64,000 nucleotides of DNA from contig JBHGNT010000013.1 of the NCBI GenBank assembly GCA_043228905.1, forward strand, positions 4,092,001 through 4,156,000, in the 5' to 3' direction. The DNA is from Azolla caroliniana (lineage: Eukaryota; Plantae; Polypodiophyta). Made by a program: the position numbers and the translations under genes. Below, one piece after another: positions 22,121-36,344 of the stretch. The notes under the pieces are model-generated. The model had not been told where the DNA came from. It searched no databases and saw nothing but the letters and a program-made list of their open reading frames with translations. How positions within the stretch are numbered: the stretch's first letter is position 1; every line of letters begins with the position of its first letter.

Positions 22121-22412
22121 TAGAGAATACGCAAGGTAAAAGTATATTAGCAAAGGAGAAAGACTCAACATTATACAAGGTGGGAGGAGGGTGCTTTATG
22201 TAGTCACCCTCTCTCTTCATTAACTACAAGCCTCATGGAGCATGGGGAATGTGAAAGCTCATAAGTTATGTGTCATAGAATATGATTCTATGACTCATAC
22301 TAAATGCTAGAATACAAAGTGGTGACATAATGGTGACTCTTGACCGTTGGAGTGTCTCTTCACTCTCAAGGTGAGTTCACACACTAGACCAAGTTGAGCT
22401 TGATTCTCAACA
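22010..22412 (-). repeat. 5' LTR of element D
   Basis: TG...CA ends with an adjacent iMet PBS. Confidence 0.96.
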
Positions 22413-22417
22413 TGCAT

Positions 22418-25400
22418 AAAGCGTGAAAGATAATTAATTGCAAAACAAAGGTCAGGGCGAGTTCCTGTGACTAAATATCGAAGTTTTCCTATTAATTGTT
22501 TAAAGGGAAAATTAATTTCTCTTTTTGTGGTTGGACCATCTTATATACTTAAGTTACATGTTAGTGATAAGGGAGTAGTACAAGGTTTAATGTTTAGCAT
22601 CCCGAAGGATTTCAAAATTTCATTAACGAATTTATTTTGATGAATGATCAAAGTGCCCATACTACGATTACTTGTAACTTGCATGCCTAGGAAATAAAAT
22701 AAGGGACCTAAATCTGTTATTGAAAATGCTTTGGAAAGTTCTAGCTTTGCTTGAGTGATTTCGGATGGTGTTCCAACTATAGGAATGTCATCCACATATA
22801 GTGCTACCACTAACAATCGATTAGATGACATATGATTATGTCTAATGTATATATTTGGTGTAGCCATCATAGAGCATAAAATTGTTAAATTTTTGAAACC
22901 ATAATCTAGGAGATTGTTTGAGTCCATACAATGATCAATGTGGCCGACAAACATAGTTTGGTTGAGAGTGTGACTCAAACCCAGGAGGTTGTGACATGTA
23001 GATTTCTTCTGGTAAATCACCATGTAGAAATGTCGTTTGTACATCCAAGTGATGTACCTCGACGTCAATAATGGTGGCCAGAGCCATTAGGAGTCGAAAC
23101 GAGTCCATGCGGAGAACGGGTGAGAATGTCTCAGAATAATCAAGTCCTTCGACTTGAGAGAAACCACGAGCTACAAGTTGAGCTTTGTAACATGCAATAA
23201 TACCATTAGGGTTTAGTTTTCTCTTCAACACCCATTTGCATGAAATAGGTGAGCGTCTAGTTGGGAGTGGTACTAGAGTCCATGTTTTGTTGGCATCAAG
23301 AGATTCAAGTTCTTTTTCCATGGTTGTTTGCCATTCAACACAATCTAGACTTTGCAATGCCTCATTGATAGTTAAGGGATCATCAGAGATGTCAGATGTG
23401 GTTGAGGGGGAGGGGGAACCAAGTGCCAAAAATGCAAAATCAGTTTCAAATTGATGGTCCGCAACAAGGGCATCTATTTTGTTCGTGTGATTATAGAGAT
23501 CTTGAATAGTACGAACTTTCTTTGGAGTGGATGTAGGGCTAAGTGAACTAGGTGATTTCGCAATGTTAGAACTATTTGTATGTTCTTTATATTGGTTGTT
23601 AGTGGAATATGAAGTATTTCTACATCCAATTTTAATTACTTTTGCATCCTTGTGGCCAATGGTTTTATCCTTGCCGTTAAGGCGTAAGGATTGTCGTAAT
23701 GGAGTAATGAGATGTTTGCTAGGATGGGAACATGAATAATCAATGTGAGTTAGTGGTGTTCCGTCTAAAGGTTTTTCCTTATACATATTTAGGTGATTGT
23801 TAAGGCTCTTTCTAGTTTGGGTATGAGTAGTGTTTAAAATTGGGGCATGTACATCAATTTTTTTTGATGGTTTGGTTACTTGAGGAAATAAGTTAGAGTT
23901 ATCGGTTGAATGTGAAACTTGTGGGTGGGCATCTAGAGGTGAGGACATTAGTGGAAGAGGGTTAATTGGCATATGGTCAATTGTGACTTGTTGAATTTCC
24001 GAGGACATTGGCAGAGCTCGCCAAGAATTGGTAGGTGATACTATTACTTCTTTGTTGGATTTGGTGTTGACATGGTAGTCCCGTCTTGTATCTTTTCATC
24101 TCCACGGTGTGGGTGAGGATTAGATATTAGTTTATCTTCATCAAATATCACTCTTCGACTAAATAGAAATCTTTTGGATTTTGGGTCATATAATCGATAA
24201 CCCTTATAGCCATGAGGTTCGCCATACCCAACGAATATTGTGTGAACCGAGTGATTATCTAATTTTGATCGAGTGTTTAAGGGTACTGATGCATATGATG
24301 GACATCCAAAGATTCTTAGATTTTCATGATTTGGATTTTTTCCAAACCACAAGGAAAATGGAGTTGTCCTAATTGATCTACTATATGTTCTATTGAATAT
24401 ATAACAAGTAGTTGAAACAACCTCTTCCCAATATGTTTGGCGAAGGTTTGCAACGACAAGCATGCAACGAGTGGAATCCATATACAACCAATTTCGTCGT
24501 TCGGCCCTTGAATTGTGTTGAGGTGTATAAGGAATGGTAAATCGTTGTTGAATGCCATGGTTTTGGCAATAATTTTGGAAGTTTTCAGACTTGAATTCTC
24601 CACCGTTATCTAATTGGAGAACTTTAAGGGGTATGTCTTGTTGATTTGTTGCATGTTTATGATAGGATTTAAATTTCTCAAGGACTTGATCACTACGTTT
24701 TGTCTTTAGAAAGGTGACCATTGTGAAACGCGTAAAGACATCAATGAATGTTAGGAAATATACATTTCCAGATAGGGATGGGGTAGAAAAAGGGCTACAT
24801 ATATCTGTGTGTACTAATTGGAGGGGTTCAGTGGTAGTTGTTGGATGTGATGGAAATGGCGAGTTAAGGAGTTTTCCAAAGATACACCCTTCGCAAAGGG
24901 ATAGTTTCGATTTACGAGGAAGAGTAAAACCAAGTGTGATATGTTGTCAGACCATGTGAACCATTGTTTGATGGTTTAGGTGACCTAATCGATAGTGACA
25001 TAGTAAGGTCGCATAGTTTGATGTGCTTGAATCTTCTATGTGGTGTGCTTCTTCAGTAGGGACCACCGAGCGACCTAAAAGGTAAAGACATCCTTGTCTT
25101 GGACAATTAACGACATAACCTTGGCTAGAGGGTGTCTTATGACGAATGATACCGTATTTCTGGTAAAACTCGACTGACGTATTATCATTTGTGAGTTTAT
25201 TGACAGATATCAAGTTCTTTAGTATGTTAGGTATATAATAAACTTCAATGAAGTTCCCATAAGAAAGTTCAAGATGGGCAGTCCCATGTCCAAGGGCATA
25301 TTCAACCTCATTGTTCCCAAATCTCACTAGAAATGATGTTCTAAGGGCTTTTGAGCCATTCAACTCTTGAGGTAAGGTGACATGTGGCACCTGTATCAAG

Positions 25401-26424
25401 AATCCACATTGAAGTGGAAGAGTAAATAAATGAAGTGAGGGCCATGAAGGAATCTTCATTGTCCTCATCAGAATTTCGGTCACTATGACATATGTAACAT
25501 TTTGATCATAGTCATCATGTGATGCATTGTAAGATTGGTCTTCTTTGTATGTTCGTTTCCCTTTGTTGTTAGAATTCCTATAACAATCTTTCGTTTCATG
25601 TCCAGTCCTTTGACAATTTTTGCAAAAGGATTTAAGGAACCTAGATTTGTTATGATCTCTTGAATCATTACATTTGGAGGTTCGTGAATAAAATTTGGAG
25701 TTAGTAGGTTGGTATGTTGATCTAGGTTTATTGTAAAGTTTTGTATTGTATTTTGGATGTTTGATATAAAGTTCGGTGTGAGATGAGGAGGGTTGATTTA
25801 TTGCCCTACAAAGTATGTTTTCTTGTGAGATTGATGCCACCAATGTTGGGACACTAATGTTGACTGATGAGCATTTTGTGCTTATCAATGGTTGCCATGA
25901 TGGGGGTAGGGCAGCTAACAAGAGGGCGGATTGAACGAAACTTGGCAAACTAAGTCCTGAAAGGATCACATCATCAAGGCGAAGTCTCTAATTTTTGACT
26001 AATGTGTCAACATCATCATTTTCATTCATATTCATATTTATTAATGTTTTTAAATTGGCAACTTGGGACGTAACGTCCGTATGGATGTAGTCAGCCTCTA
26101 ATCTATCCATATTTGTTTGGAGGTAGTCAAGGTTCTCACAATTTGCTTAAGTGTGTCCTCCATATGAAGGAGAAGTTCTAAGCGAGCGTTTAGATCATGT
26201 CGCTTCCACGTTTGCATGTCGAGTGCATTTGTGGGGTCATGAATGTCAAGGCATATGTCGGTTCCATCGACGATATTTAACAAATTATATTGTTCTAATA
26301 CAATTTCCATGGTCATACGCCAGGGTTGATAGTTTTTATCATTCAATTTTTCAATGTGATAAGTGCGAGATGATGCATGGGCGGCATTTGCCGCCACATT
26401 CGCTATCAGTCCCGCATTTGACAT
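22418..26424 (-). pseudogene. gag-pol of Copia C, degenerate
   Basis: EKLNDKNYQPW (gag), CKNCQRTGHETKDC, HYRLGH, LDNGGEF, CKWVLKRK...YKAQLVARGF, LYVDDI. Confidence 0.92.
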
Positions 26425-26517
26425 GGTTGAAAATCATTTCTTTAATTCACACGTTCGTTATTGACACTGCGAAAAAAATTCTTGGTGGGGTTGGGCTCCT
26501 TCACTACTCTAATACCA

Positions 26518-26741
26518 TGTAGGAATTAAGAGATGGAAAGAGAGGGAGAGAGAGGGAGAGAAAGAAACTTTTATTAATGGAGAATTTGTCTCTCTCTACA
26601 ACAAACCGACCACGCAGAGAGAGATTGTGGTGGTTATAGGTGCATCGTATTTTTGGGGTTCACCTTTTCATATTGTTTAATATCCTGTTGTTGTGTCTAT
26701 TTTTATATTTATTTATTGTAACTAATTAGTTTATTACAACA
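26518..26741 (-). repeat. 5' LTR of element C (224 bp)
   Basis: Matches 9928-10159. Confidence 0.95.
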
Positions 26742-26746
26742 AGCCA

Positions 26747-27290
26747 CGCAATTGACAAGTCAAACATTTGATGGTGATGAAGAAAGAATCCATAGAAAAT
26801 CATGGAGGAAAAGAAAGCCCTAAGTATTACATCGTTGGTGGTGGCTTTATAAGACCACCACCGACGCGATTTCCTTCTCATGAAGTAAATTGTTTTTTCC
26901 TAATAACTAATAACTAATAACTACTAGTATTTATTTACTTATTTATTATTTACCACACTCCGCCTAAGCAAAAATTTCTAGAAGTGTAGATTTTCATCTT
27001 TATCTTCGATTACATCAATTAATTGAACTTTCTTGCAACAAATAATGTGTTTATAATGTTGAAGAGGTTTTGTTAGAAACTCAGCCCACATTTGATGAGT
27101 GGGAGCAAATTTAGCTCTATCTTCTTTGTTTCAATGAGATCACAAAGAAAGTGATATTTTACATCTGCATGACGTATATTGTGACTCTTCTTCGGATTGT
27201 TGGTTAGCTTGATACAAGATTGATTATTGCAAAACAAAGTCACAGTTGGAATAGTAAATAGGTTAAATTCCTCTAGCAACATGTTCGTGT
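26747..27290 (-). mobile_element. Remnant of another Copia: RNase H C-terminus, PPT and the start of a 3' LTR that C probably interrupted
   Basis: LFCNNQSCIKLTNNP...RHADVKYHFL in ORF 27073-27315; minus strand AGGCGGAG|TGTGGT near 26957. Confidence 0.6.
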
Positions 27291-27658
27291 TCACAAGTGG
27301 AATGATCGCACGCAAATGGAAGGATAAGGAATATTCCGTTTGATTTCAGTACTTTTTCACTGATATTACAAAAGTCATTGATACTAGTATCACACATTCT
27401 CAAATATTCTGTGGAAAAGCTTAAAAATCCACCTTTTGCAAAAATTGGGAAAACACAAAAAATGACAAAATACCAAAAATTACATTGTATATTTTATCGT
27501 AGAATTTACAAGTAGTTGTTATTATGACAAACTTACTTCACTTGAAGTGTTAGAGCTCAAAACAACAAACATTTATATACTCAGTAATGATTTGCATCAA
27601 TATCACCACTCTTTTAATGAGAATCACTATATTATGTGATATACAATGAGGATTCTTC

Positions 27659-30310
27659 CTAGTCATCTTCAGATATTCCGATCAAAGCATTGTCTTCGTC
27701 TAAAACAAAATGGTGTGACTCCGAATTAGGTTCATCTGACCTACTTCGTCTTCGATCTGAGAATCCTTGTAAACTTGGCAATTTCACTTTTATTATGTTT
27801 ATTGTTGGCTTCCTTAGACATCCAACTTCTGTTAGTGTAAAATCGTACACAATTATATCCACCTCATTGATGTCAAGGGTCAAAGTGTTTCAAATATTTC
27901 TTTTCCTCCTTTTATTTCCTCTTGACAATGTGTACTTGCCTGTAAATTCATTCTTGCTTCTAGTGTTGTACCATTGCACCTTTATAGACTTGATCAACGA
28001 TATGCTTTCATGCAATGTCACTACATTCACAACTTTACTAATCCAAAATTGGTGGCCTAGCCGATCATTATTTGTGGATGTAGCAATTAACATCTCAACC
28101 TTTAGTTCTTGCAAATTGCCTTGCCACCTAGATTTAGCGGGTTTTGGTAATCCGTGGACCCACATAAATGTCTCTTTGTTGTTTATGAACCAAACTATCA
28201 TCAATCAGCTTAGGTGTTGGGTATGGCAATTCAGAACCAAGAGATTGTTGTATAGACCATGTAAATGGCATTTGCTAGTTCTAGCTACCTGCAACATAGT
28301 TTTCAATAATTTCTTGTTGATCTGCAAAGAACATATCCCACCACAATGTATTTTGTTGTGCCACATATTTAATTGCAGCATCAATATGCTTCTTTTTCTC
28401 ACTTAAGGCTTACTTCCATAAGTTCTTTAGCTCTTCTACCAACCCACTACACATTCCTTTTTTTGTCTCAATGGGCATTTGTTTTGCTCCGTAAACAATT
28501 GTAGATGGCATATGAAGCAGGAACTGGCAACCACCTTCAGGCTTCCATTGTGGCGATGATGAGTATATTGCTTTGCATACAACAATGTACATCCACTTGT
28601 GTCACTGTGATTTATTTGGAAAACGTGATTGACACTTATATTGTTCAATTGAGCTAGGACTTTAACATTCCCCTCCCTAACATCTAATACATATCTCTTA
28701 TAGGTGGATCGCATTCGGACGTGGTGTGTGGATCACAAATGATATCAAATAACTTTGGTAATGTGAAAGCATCATTTCGGCCCAATTGTCTTGAGAAAGT
28801 ATTGAACATCTAATCAATATTGTATTGCGTGTGACCAACCAAGAGGAAGTTAACTTTCACTTTCCTAAACAATCCTTGGTTGACCAACATACTCAGATAT
28901 CCAAACACAGTTGAGTTTTTGTTCTCCCTAGCTGTGTTGTCCAATTGAACGTAGAGAACAAGAGGCAATGGATAGCCCCAACACATAAAAACCCTTTGAA
29001 TCATTGTGACTATTAAGTTCGGGTCATTGTGGACATTATAAGTCATGAGGACATGCGGTCTAACTCACCCATTATAAGTCAAGCAACCCACCAAGTGCAT
29101 TTGAACGAAACATTTGTTATTGATGTCTAGTGCATCTGAACTACACATTTGTCATTGATGTCTTTAGGAAGCCGCCACATGTGTGGTAGACATATCTTCT
29201 TTTGGTCCATACCATCGATCATTAGACACATGTATTGTTCAGGATTCTTTAACGACTTCTCTCTGTGATGCATTGCTTTCTTTCACTCCAAAGGTTGGGC
29301 TTTGCGATGGTCCTGTAAAAACTTCTTATTCATGTCGTTTTCCTTTGTTGTTTTGGCAACTTTAGCCATGCAATTCAGATTTGCACAAATTGAGCAATAC
29401 CCCATGCGTACTTTTTGAGGTATAATACCGTTTGTAAAGCAAGTTGCCCACAATCTTATGAATTGGCTATACGTGATGTATCTGTCACTCGATGCACACA
29501 TATTTGATTTGTAGGAGTCGTATACCTCTCGTCATGTGTAATTATATGAGAGATGCATTCTGCCCGTAGTTGGCATTACTTCAGAATGTAGCTTGAAGTA
29601 GTTCTTCATCCAACCAATAGCTCGTCTTCCAGCTGCGCCCTTCATACTTGGACAATAGCTACATTGGATAGTAGAATCACCATTAAGAACTCGTTGTTGC
29701 ACTCGATGTAATCTCATGTTACTAACAGACAATGAAATTTTGAATGCAATTGTACAACGTTGCAGTGCATGGAAGATGTAATACTCAAATGAGATAGAGA
29801 TGTTTGATGATCTGTCAAACACCATTTGCATGTGGGTTGAAAGGTAAGTGTCTTGCTCATCACTTGTACGTGAAAAATAGTAACACCTTAACTCTCGCAA
29901 TTTATCCTTAAACCAACCTTGGACATGCAACCACGACCATAATAGAATTTGTTGACATCTAATCCGAGTTGTTTCTCTGATGTAACTACGTCGAACCTCA
30001 TTCTACGTATTCTAAGTGGAATCCTTTGTATGTGCATGGGGCTTGCTGACTAGTTGTTATGAGCATTATCCACTAATGGATCAGCATTGGAGTCAGGAAT
30101 GTCAGCCTTTGCATGTCCCTCAGTAATTTGGAATGTTTGAGTGTCACTTCCTTCAGATTCTGTATCCACATTGTAGTTGTACTCCTCAAAAGAGAACTCT
30201 TAACTTATGTCAATATTTCTTGTAGTTTGGGGATTTTCATCAATAGAAAAAGGTGACCCTCTTGGGAAACAATAATCCTCAATAGAAAATGGCGAATTTT
30301 GACTCATAGC
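27659..30310 (-). pseudogene. Degraded Sola-like DDE DNA transposase
   Basis: Motifs YSQFIRLW...CSICANL, LMIDGMDQKK.CLPH (about 29185-29228), LYVQLDNTARENKN and FLLVGHT..ID; many stops; TIRs not found. Confidence 0.7.
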
Positions 30311-30322
30311 TTAAAATCATTT

Positions 30323-30711
30323 TGTTGAGAATCAAGCTCAACTTGGTCTAGTGTGTGAACTCACCTTCAGAGTGAATAGACACTCCAATGGTCAAGAGTC
30401 ACCATTATGTCACCACTTTGTATCCTAGCATTTAGTATGAGTTATAGAATCATATTCTATGACACGTAACTTATGAGCTTTCACATTCCCCATGCTCCAT
30501 GAGTCTTGTAGTTAATGAAGAGAGAGGGTGACTATAAAGCACCCTCATCCTGCCTTGTATTATGTTGAGTTTTTCTCCTTTGTTAATATACTTTACCTTG
30601 CATATTCTCTATGTCTTACTCCTTGTCTCTCTCACACTCTCTCTCTCTCTCATACACACACAGAGCTCATATCTATTCCACTGCACAGAATCCATCTCTT
30701 GATTCTTTACA
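30323..30711 (+). repeat. 5' LTR of element G
   Basis: TGTTGAGAATC...TTTACA; homologous to the D LTRs. Confidence 0.95.
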
Positions 30712-30864
30712 TGGTATCAGAGCGACTTGGTAGCTTGATCTAGCCCATCCGCATGTGCTGTGTCCTACGCCGACGACCAAGAACCCGCTCATTGCTATCG
30801 TAGCTTCGCTACATAGCTCACATTCGAAGAGAGAAGAAGAAGAAGAAGAAGAAGAATCGAGATA

Positions 30865-33800
30865 ATGAATACTCAAATGGGGAGCGCTCTCCCTACCGAG
30901 AAGTTGGATCGAAACAACTTCGCATCTTGGGATTACAAGATGCACCAATACCTTGTTGGACAAGGCTATTGGAGCTACATCAAATGAGAGCACGAAGACC
31001 GACCCGTCGAAACGGCTCCCGGATACGCGACATGGGAGCAAGCCGCAATCCGCGTGATGTATTACTTGGTGACATGTGTTCACGATCACATGCTCGGCTA
31101 CATTCACGAATCCAAGACGCCGAAGGAGGCATGGGAAAATCTACAAAAGATTTTTGCGGTGAACACAACCGCAAGAAGGCTTCAACTCCACCAAGAGTTG
31201 AACAACACTCAACAAAGGGACATGTACATCATGACATACACCTTGAAGATCAAGGAGCTTTGCGACTCACTGGGCTCGATAAGCGTAAATATCGATGATG
31301 ATGAGATGGTGCAAATATGCCTTGGCGACCTCGCATCGCGGTACGGCGCGATGCGAGCTGCCGTTCTAGCAAGGGAGAAATCTCCCTCCTTCTTCGAGCT
31401 CCAATCAATGCTATTGGTCAAAGAAAACCACGTGCGTACAAGGAGCAATGAGTCAGAAGGCCACATGATCTACACGCACTTGAACGGAGGAAGAGGACGC
31501 GGACGAGCGAGATGCCGATTCGGCCAAGGACAAGGCGGACGAGGTCCGACCTATGACAACAACTTCCAATTTCAGTCGCAAAACAGAAGCCAACGAGGAA
31601 CCTTTGCAAGAAGGGGGAGCTTCCAATCCGGCCCGAGCCATCAAAATGCAATCACAAAGAAGAGTGCCGAAGGAAGATGTGTGAATCGGCTTCCACAAGC
31701 CGACAACTCACGAATTACGCGCACAATTCCGACTACGAAGAGTATAGCGGAATGTATGGGCACAACTCCGACTACGAAGATTGTGGCGGAATGTATGCAC
31801 ACAACTCCAACCGTGGCGGAATGTTCATGATGAAACATTGAGCAAACTCTATGTCGGCCTCCACCTCAACTAGTGTCCTCAATCCGGAGGACGTATGGTT
31901 TGTTGACTCCAGAGCCTCAAACCATATGACATCTCATAAAGAATGGTTTCCTGAACTTCGAGAGCTGCAATGACCTGGTTATGTCGAAACCGGAGATGAC
32001 ACTACGCACACGATTCGGCACATCGGCAATGTTCCGTTCAGCGAAAAAGGTAAGCAAACATACATTAAAAATGTCTTGCATGTTCCCACCATCACGAAGA
32101 ATTTGGTCTCGGTCGGCCAAATGGTTAAGCAAGGGATGCAAGTACGATTCGACCAAGAAGGGTGCTTCATCGAAAAAGAGGGCCGAATCATCGCACGCGG
32201 AAGAAGAGAGGGCCAGATGTTCATTCTCGATTCAAACGAAATGAAATCCGCCATGTTCGCAAAAAGCACGAAAGCTAATTCCGACATAGAGCTATGGCAC
32301 AAGCGAATCAGCCACATCAATCTCAACAAACTCAAAGCAATGAAATCTAAAGGAGTCGTCATCGGACTCCCGACATTCAAAGAGAAGGAGATTGAAGGTG
32401 TATGCGAAGTGTGCCAATTCGGCAAGCAACACTGACACCCATTCCCGAAAGAGCGGAACATGAGCAAAGGTCTACTCGATGTAGTTCATTCCGATGTATG
32501 GGGACCGGCGCAGACGGCTACATTCGGCGGATGCCGATATTACGTGCTCTTCATCGACGACTGCTCTAGGCACACGTGGCTCTATCTGATGCGGCAAAAG
32601 AGCGAAGTGTTCGGACACTTCCAAAGGTTTAAAAACGAAGTCGTAAAAGTCACTGGTCATCATGTATGATGCCTTCGATCGGATGGCGGCAAGGAGTACT
32701 TCTCGGATAATTTCACGAAGTATCTCCGAAAGGAAGGAATTCGGTGAGAATTCACTTGCCGACACACTCTGCAACATAACGGAGTACCTAAGCGCAAAAA
32801 TCGGCACATCCTCGAAGTAGCGTGGGCCATGATGAACGAGAAGCATATGCCCAAGTCATATTGGGCCGAAGCTACAAATACGGCCGTCTACCTAATGAAC
32901 CGGTGCACAACATCCGGAGTGCACAAGGTCACTCCGCACGAAAAGAAATGATAGCATACACCCGGACTTATCACACACCCGGATATTCGGCGTGATAGCA
33001 TACATGCACATACCCGATGAAAAGCGGCAAAAGCTAGATCCAAAGTCGGAGAAATGTATCCTCGTAGGATACTCACTCGAACAAAAGGGGTACAAATGCT
33101 ACAACCCATCTACCCGAAAAGTTCGAGTAAGTCGAGACATCGTGTTCGACAAATCCGCATCCTGGTACACACCAGAGGATATTCTGACCTCGACCCCAAT
33201 CAACGCGGAACCGGCCGAACAAGAGCGAGAAGGTGGAGATCGCCTCGAAGACATGTTCGAAGATAGCCCGATTACCACAAGGCTAAGTTGGCCACAAGGG
33301 CCCCCGAGCGATCAAAGCACATCACGGCCTAGCCCGAAGATGGACAAAGGCAAGGCGGAAATGACGGAATACGAAGACGATCGCTTCGACGACGATGAGT
33401 CGACGATGAGTTCAGCAACTTCGATGTACGAATCGGAGCTAAGAAAGCCCTCATCTCTACAAATGGAAAGCTCCGTCGCTCCACAGATGAAAAGAATCCA
33501 GTCAGCCAATTTGGCTACAATGACTACAGGGCATATCACTATGTTGTTATGATGAAGGTGGCGATAATACACGAGCTGGAAACATTTTCCGATGTAGCCA
33601 AGGATCCGCGATGGATCAAAGCTAGGAATGAGGAGATGCAGGCACTACGCAAGAATGAGACGTGGGATCTCGTTCCCACCTCACCACACAAAAAGGCGAT
33701 CGGATGTAGATGGATTTACAAAGTGAAGTACAACGTCGACGGTTCCGTCAACCGCTACAAAGCGCGACTCGTAGCGAAAGGCTTCGCACAAATGCACGGA

Positions 33801-35093
33801 GTTGACTACGAAGAGACCTTTGCCCCGGTGGCAAAGATGATGACGGTACGAACCGTAATTGTGCTTGCCACGGCGAAAGGGTGGCACCTCCACCAAATGG
33901 ATGTCAAGAACGCCTTCCTTCAAGGCGAATTAAAAGAGGAGGTGTACATGATACAACCACCCGGCTTCAACTTGAGCACCCATCTGAAAGTTGTATGCCA
34001 ACTCAAGAAGCCACTCTACGGCCTCAAACAAGCATCGCGTGCTTGGCATTCGAAGATAATGCAATATATTCACCTAATCGGCTTCCGTATGTCACAATCG
34101 GACAACTCCCTCTACATACAAAGCAATTCCGCAAGTCTGATCGTCATCATCTTATATGTGGATGACCTAGTCATTGGAGATGAGCATCTTGTCAAAATCA
34201 ATAAAGTCAAATCCCTCCTTTCCGACAAGTTCGAGATGACGGACATGAAGTAGCTCCACTACTTCCTCGGCATCGAGGTAATTTGGACTCCGGCCGGAAT
34301 CATGATCTCTTAGCGGCACTACATCCTCAACTTGTTATACAATCTTAAACTAGATGCGAACTCCGGCACCAAAGCATGTGAGCCAACTTAGTATCGGCAA
34401 CTCATTGGGAGTCTCATCTACCTCACGATCACACGACCCAATCTCAGTTATCCGGTCAGTCTCCTTAGCCAATTCATGCAAACACCGCGTGATACTCACT
34501 TGGATTGTGGTAAGCGAGTTCTACGATACGTGAGCGGGATAATGGATTGCGGTATCCTCTACAAGACCGCGATGCCAATACGACCTGAGGGGTACACAGA
34601 CGCCGATTGGGCCAGCTACAAAGTTGATAGAAGATCAACCTCCGGATTTGTTTTTTCCCTCGGCAGCGGAGCAATATCTTGGAGCAACAAAAAGAAATCA
34701 ACCGTCACTCTTTCGAGCACAGAGGCGGAATACAGGGTCGCGGCAGTGGTCGCATGTGAAGCCGTATGGCTCAAAAGGATACTCAAGGATCTGGGCATAC
34801 CCATCAAGGATCCGTCTTCCGTTTATTGCGACAACATGAGCAGTATCTATCTGGCTCGGAACCCGATGTTCCACGCGCGGATAAAGCACATCGAAGTGCA
34901 CTATCACTTCATCCGAGAGCGCGTTCTAGTTGGCGATGTCGACCTACAACACATTAGCACCAATCTTCAAACGACCGACATCTTCACTAAGGCCTTAGGA
35001 GCCGACAAGCTATGGCAATTCATGACCGATCTAGGATTGACGATCCCTGACCTGCCAAGCTTGAGGGGGAGTACTAAAGACACTACGCAATAA
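30865..35093 (+). pseudogene. gag-pol of Copia G with many stops and small deletions (zinc knuckle deleted near 31655)
   Basis: MGSALPTEKLDRNNF..., HSDVWGP, YKARLVAKGF, LYVDDL, GYTDADWA, HIEVHYHFIRE. Confidence 0.93.
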
Positions 35094-35291
35094 CGTGTGG
35101 ATTTCGCAACCGCGCAAACCCACGAAGAAAGACATAAGACGACACACAGACTTCGCAACTACTCACAACGCAAGCTGGAGCACGGATTCCATAACTCCGC
35201 ATAAATGCGAGTTGACGCGGACTCCGGAACGCGAGTCGAAGCGGATTTCGGATAACGCCTGAAACCGAGCCAACTTGAGCTTAAGGGGGCA

Positions 35292-35681
35292 TGTTGAGAA
35301 TCAAGCTCAACTTGGTCTAGTGTGTGAACTCACCTTGAGAGTGAATAGACACTCCAACGGTCAAGAGTCACCATTATGTCACCACTTTGTATCCTAGCAT
35401 TTAGTATGAGTCATAGAATCATATTCTATGACACATAACTTATGAGCTTTCACATTCCCCATGCTCCATGAGCCTTGTAGTTAATGAAGAGAGAGGGTAA
35501 CTATAAAACACCCTCCTCCCACCTTGTATTATGTTGAGCCTTTCTCCTTTGTTAATATACTTTACCTTGCGTATTCTCTATGTCTTACTCCTGGTCTCTC
35601 TCACTTACTCTCTCTCTCTCTCATACACACACACAATCATATCTATTCTGCTACACAGAATCCATCTCTTGATTCTTTACA
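35292..35681 (+). repeat. 3' LTR of element G
   Basis: Matches 30323-30711 with several substitutions. Confidence 0.95.
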
Positions 35682-36344
35682 CTTTTTAGTACAAACAATA
35701 ATGCTCTCTTGATCAAATTAGAGCTACTAACAAATGGATCAATATAAATGAGAATAAGTTCCCTTATTTATTTATTTATTTATTTAAATATATATTCTAG
35801 TACTCAGCTAGGAAATTTAATTTTATATAGAGCCTATAATGTATTTTTTGTATTCTAAGCCTATAATTTTATATTTATGAACATGTATAATATGTTATCA
35901 AGTAGTATATGTTATGAAGAATAGCTATATAGTTTTCTCAATATATATGACTACACATTTACATGTGTTAATATGTCAGTAGATTTATACATCTCTAAAG
36001 TTGTATTATTTTATATGCCTTGTAATAAATATATATTTTACAAGTTCATATATGTACACCATATATACTCTACCTATATGTAACTACCAAGAATTGTGTG
36101 CGGAAGCTTATAGATAAACCGGCTCAGCCAGATAACAATAGTAAAATGAAATGAAGGTTTAATGGAAGCTTCAGAATACACAATACCCGGGAGAGAAGGA
36201 CAAAGTAGAACAACATGAACTCAAATTTCGAAATATCACACTCTATCGCTATACAATGTCCTACAGAACACTTTTTATAAAAGTCCTTAAAAGGAATGTC
36301 ATATACTTCAATGCTCATACGAGCGACTGACACTAACTCCATGT

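Larger units (their letters stand above)
10444..22412 (-). mobile_element. Element D: Ty1/Copia, same family as G, nested in C and interrupted by E
   Basis: LTRs 10444-10848 and 22010-22412; TSD TGCAT at 10439-10443 and 22413-22417; PBS TGGTATCAGAGC at 21998-22009; PPT CTTGAGGGGGCG at 10849-10860. Confidence 0.96.
9928..26741 (-). mobile_element. Element C: Ty1/Copia LTR retrotransposon, old and AT-rich, interrupted by element D
   Basis: Matching LTRs 9928-10159 and 26518-26741 with TG...CA ends; TSD AGCCA at 9923-9927 and 26742-26746; iMet-type PBS TGGTATTAGAG at 26507-26517; gag-PR-INT-RT-RH order. Confidence 0.95.
30323..35681 (+). mobile_element. Element G: full-length but defective Ty1/Copia (D family)
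   Basis: LTRs 30323-30711 and 35292-35681; PBS TGGTATCAGAGC at 30712-30723; PPT TTAAGGGGGCA; imperfect TSD CATTT/CTTTT. Confidence 0.95.

Noticed and set aside
27690-28406. 238-aa plus-strand ORF as a membrane protein gene
   Set aside because: It is the antisense shadow of the transposase relic and has no recognisable motif.
35700-36340. AT-rich stretch as a host promoter or gene
   Set aside because: No credible ORF or splice structure; it may be the 5' region of the Sola-like element but this is unproven.
27280-36343. CATG...CATG as TSD with TIRs for the Sola-like element
   Set aside because: The ends share no convincing inverted repeat and the two flanks belong to different Copia fragments in opposite orientations.
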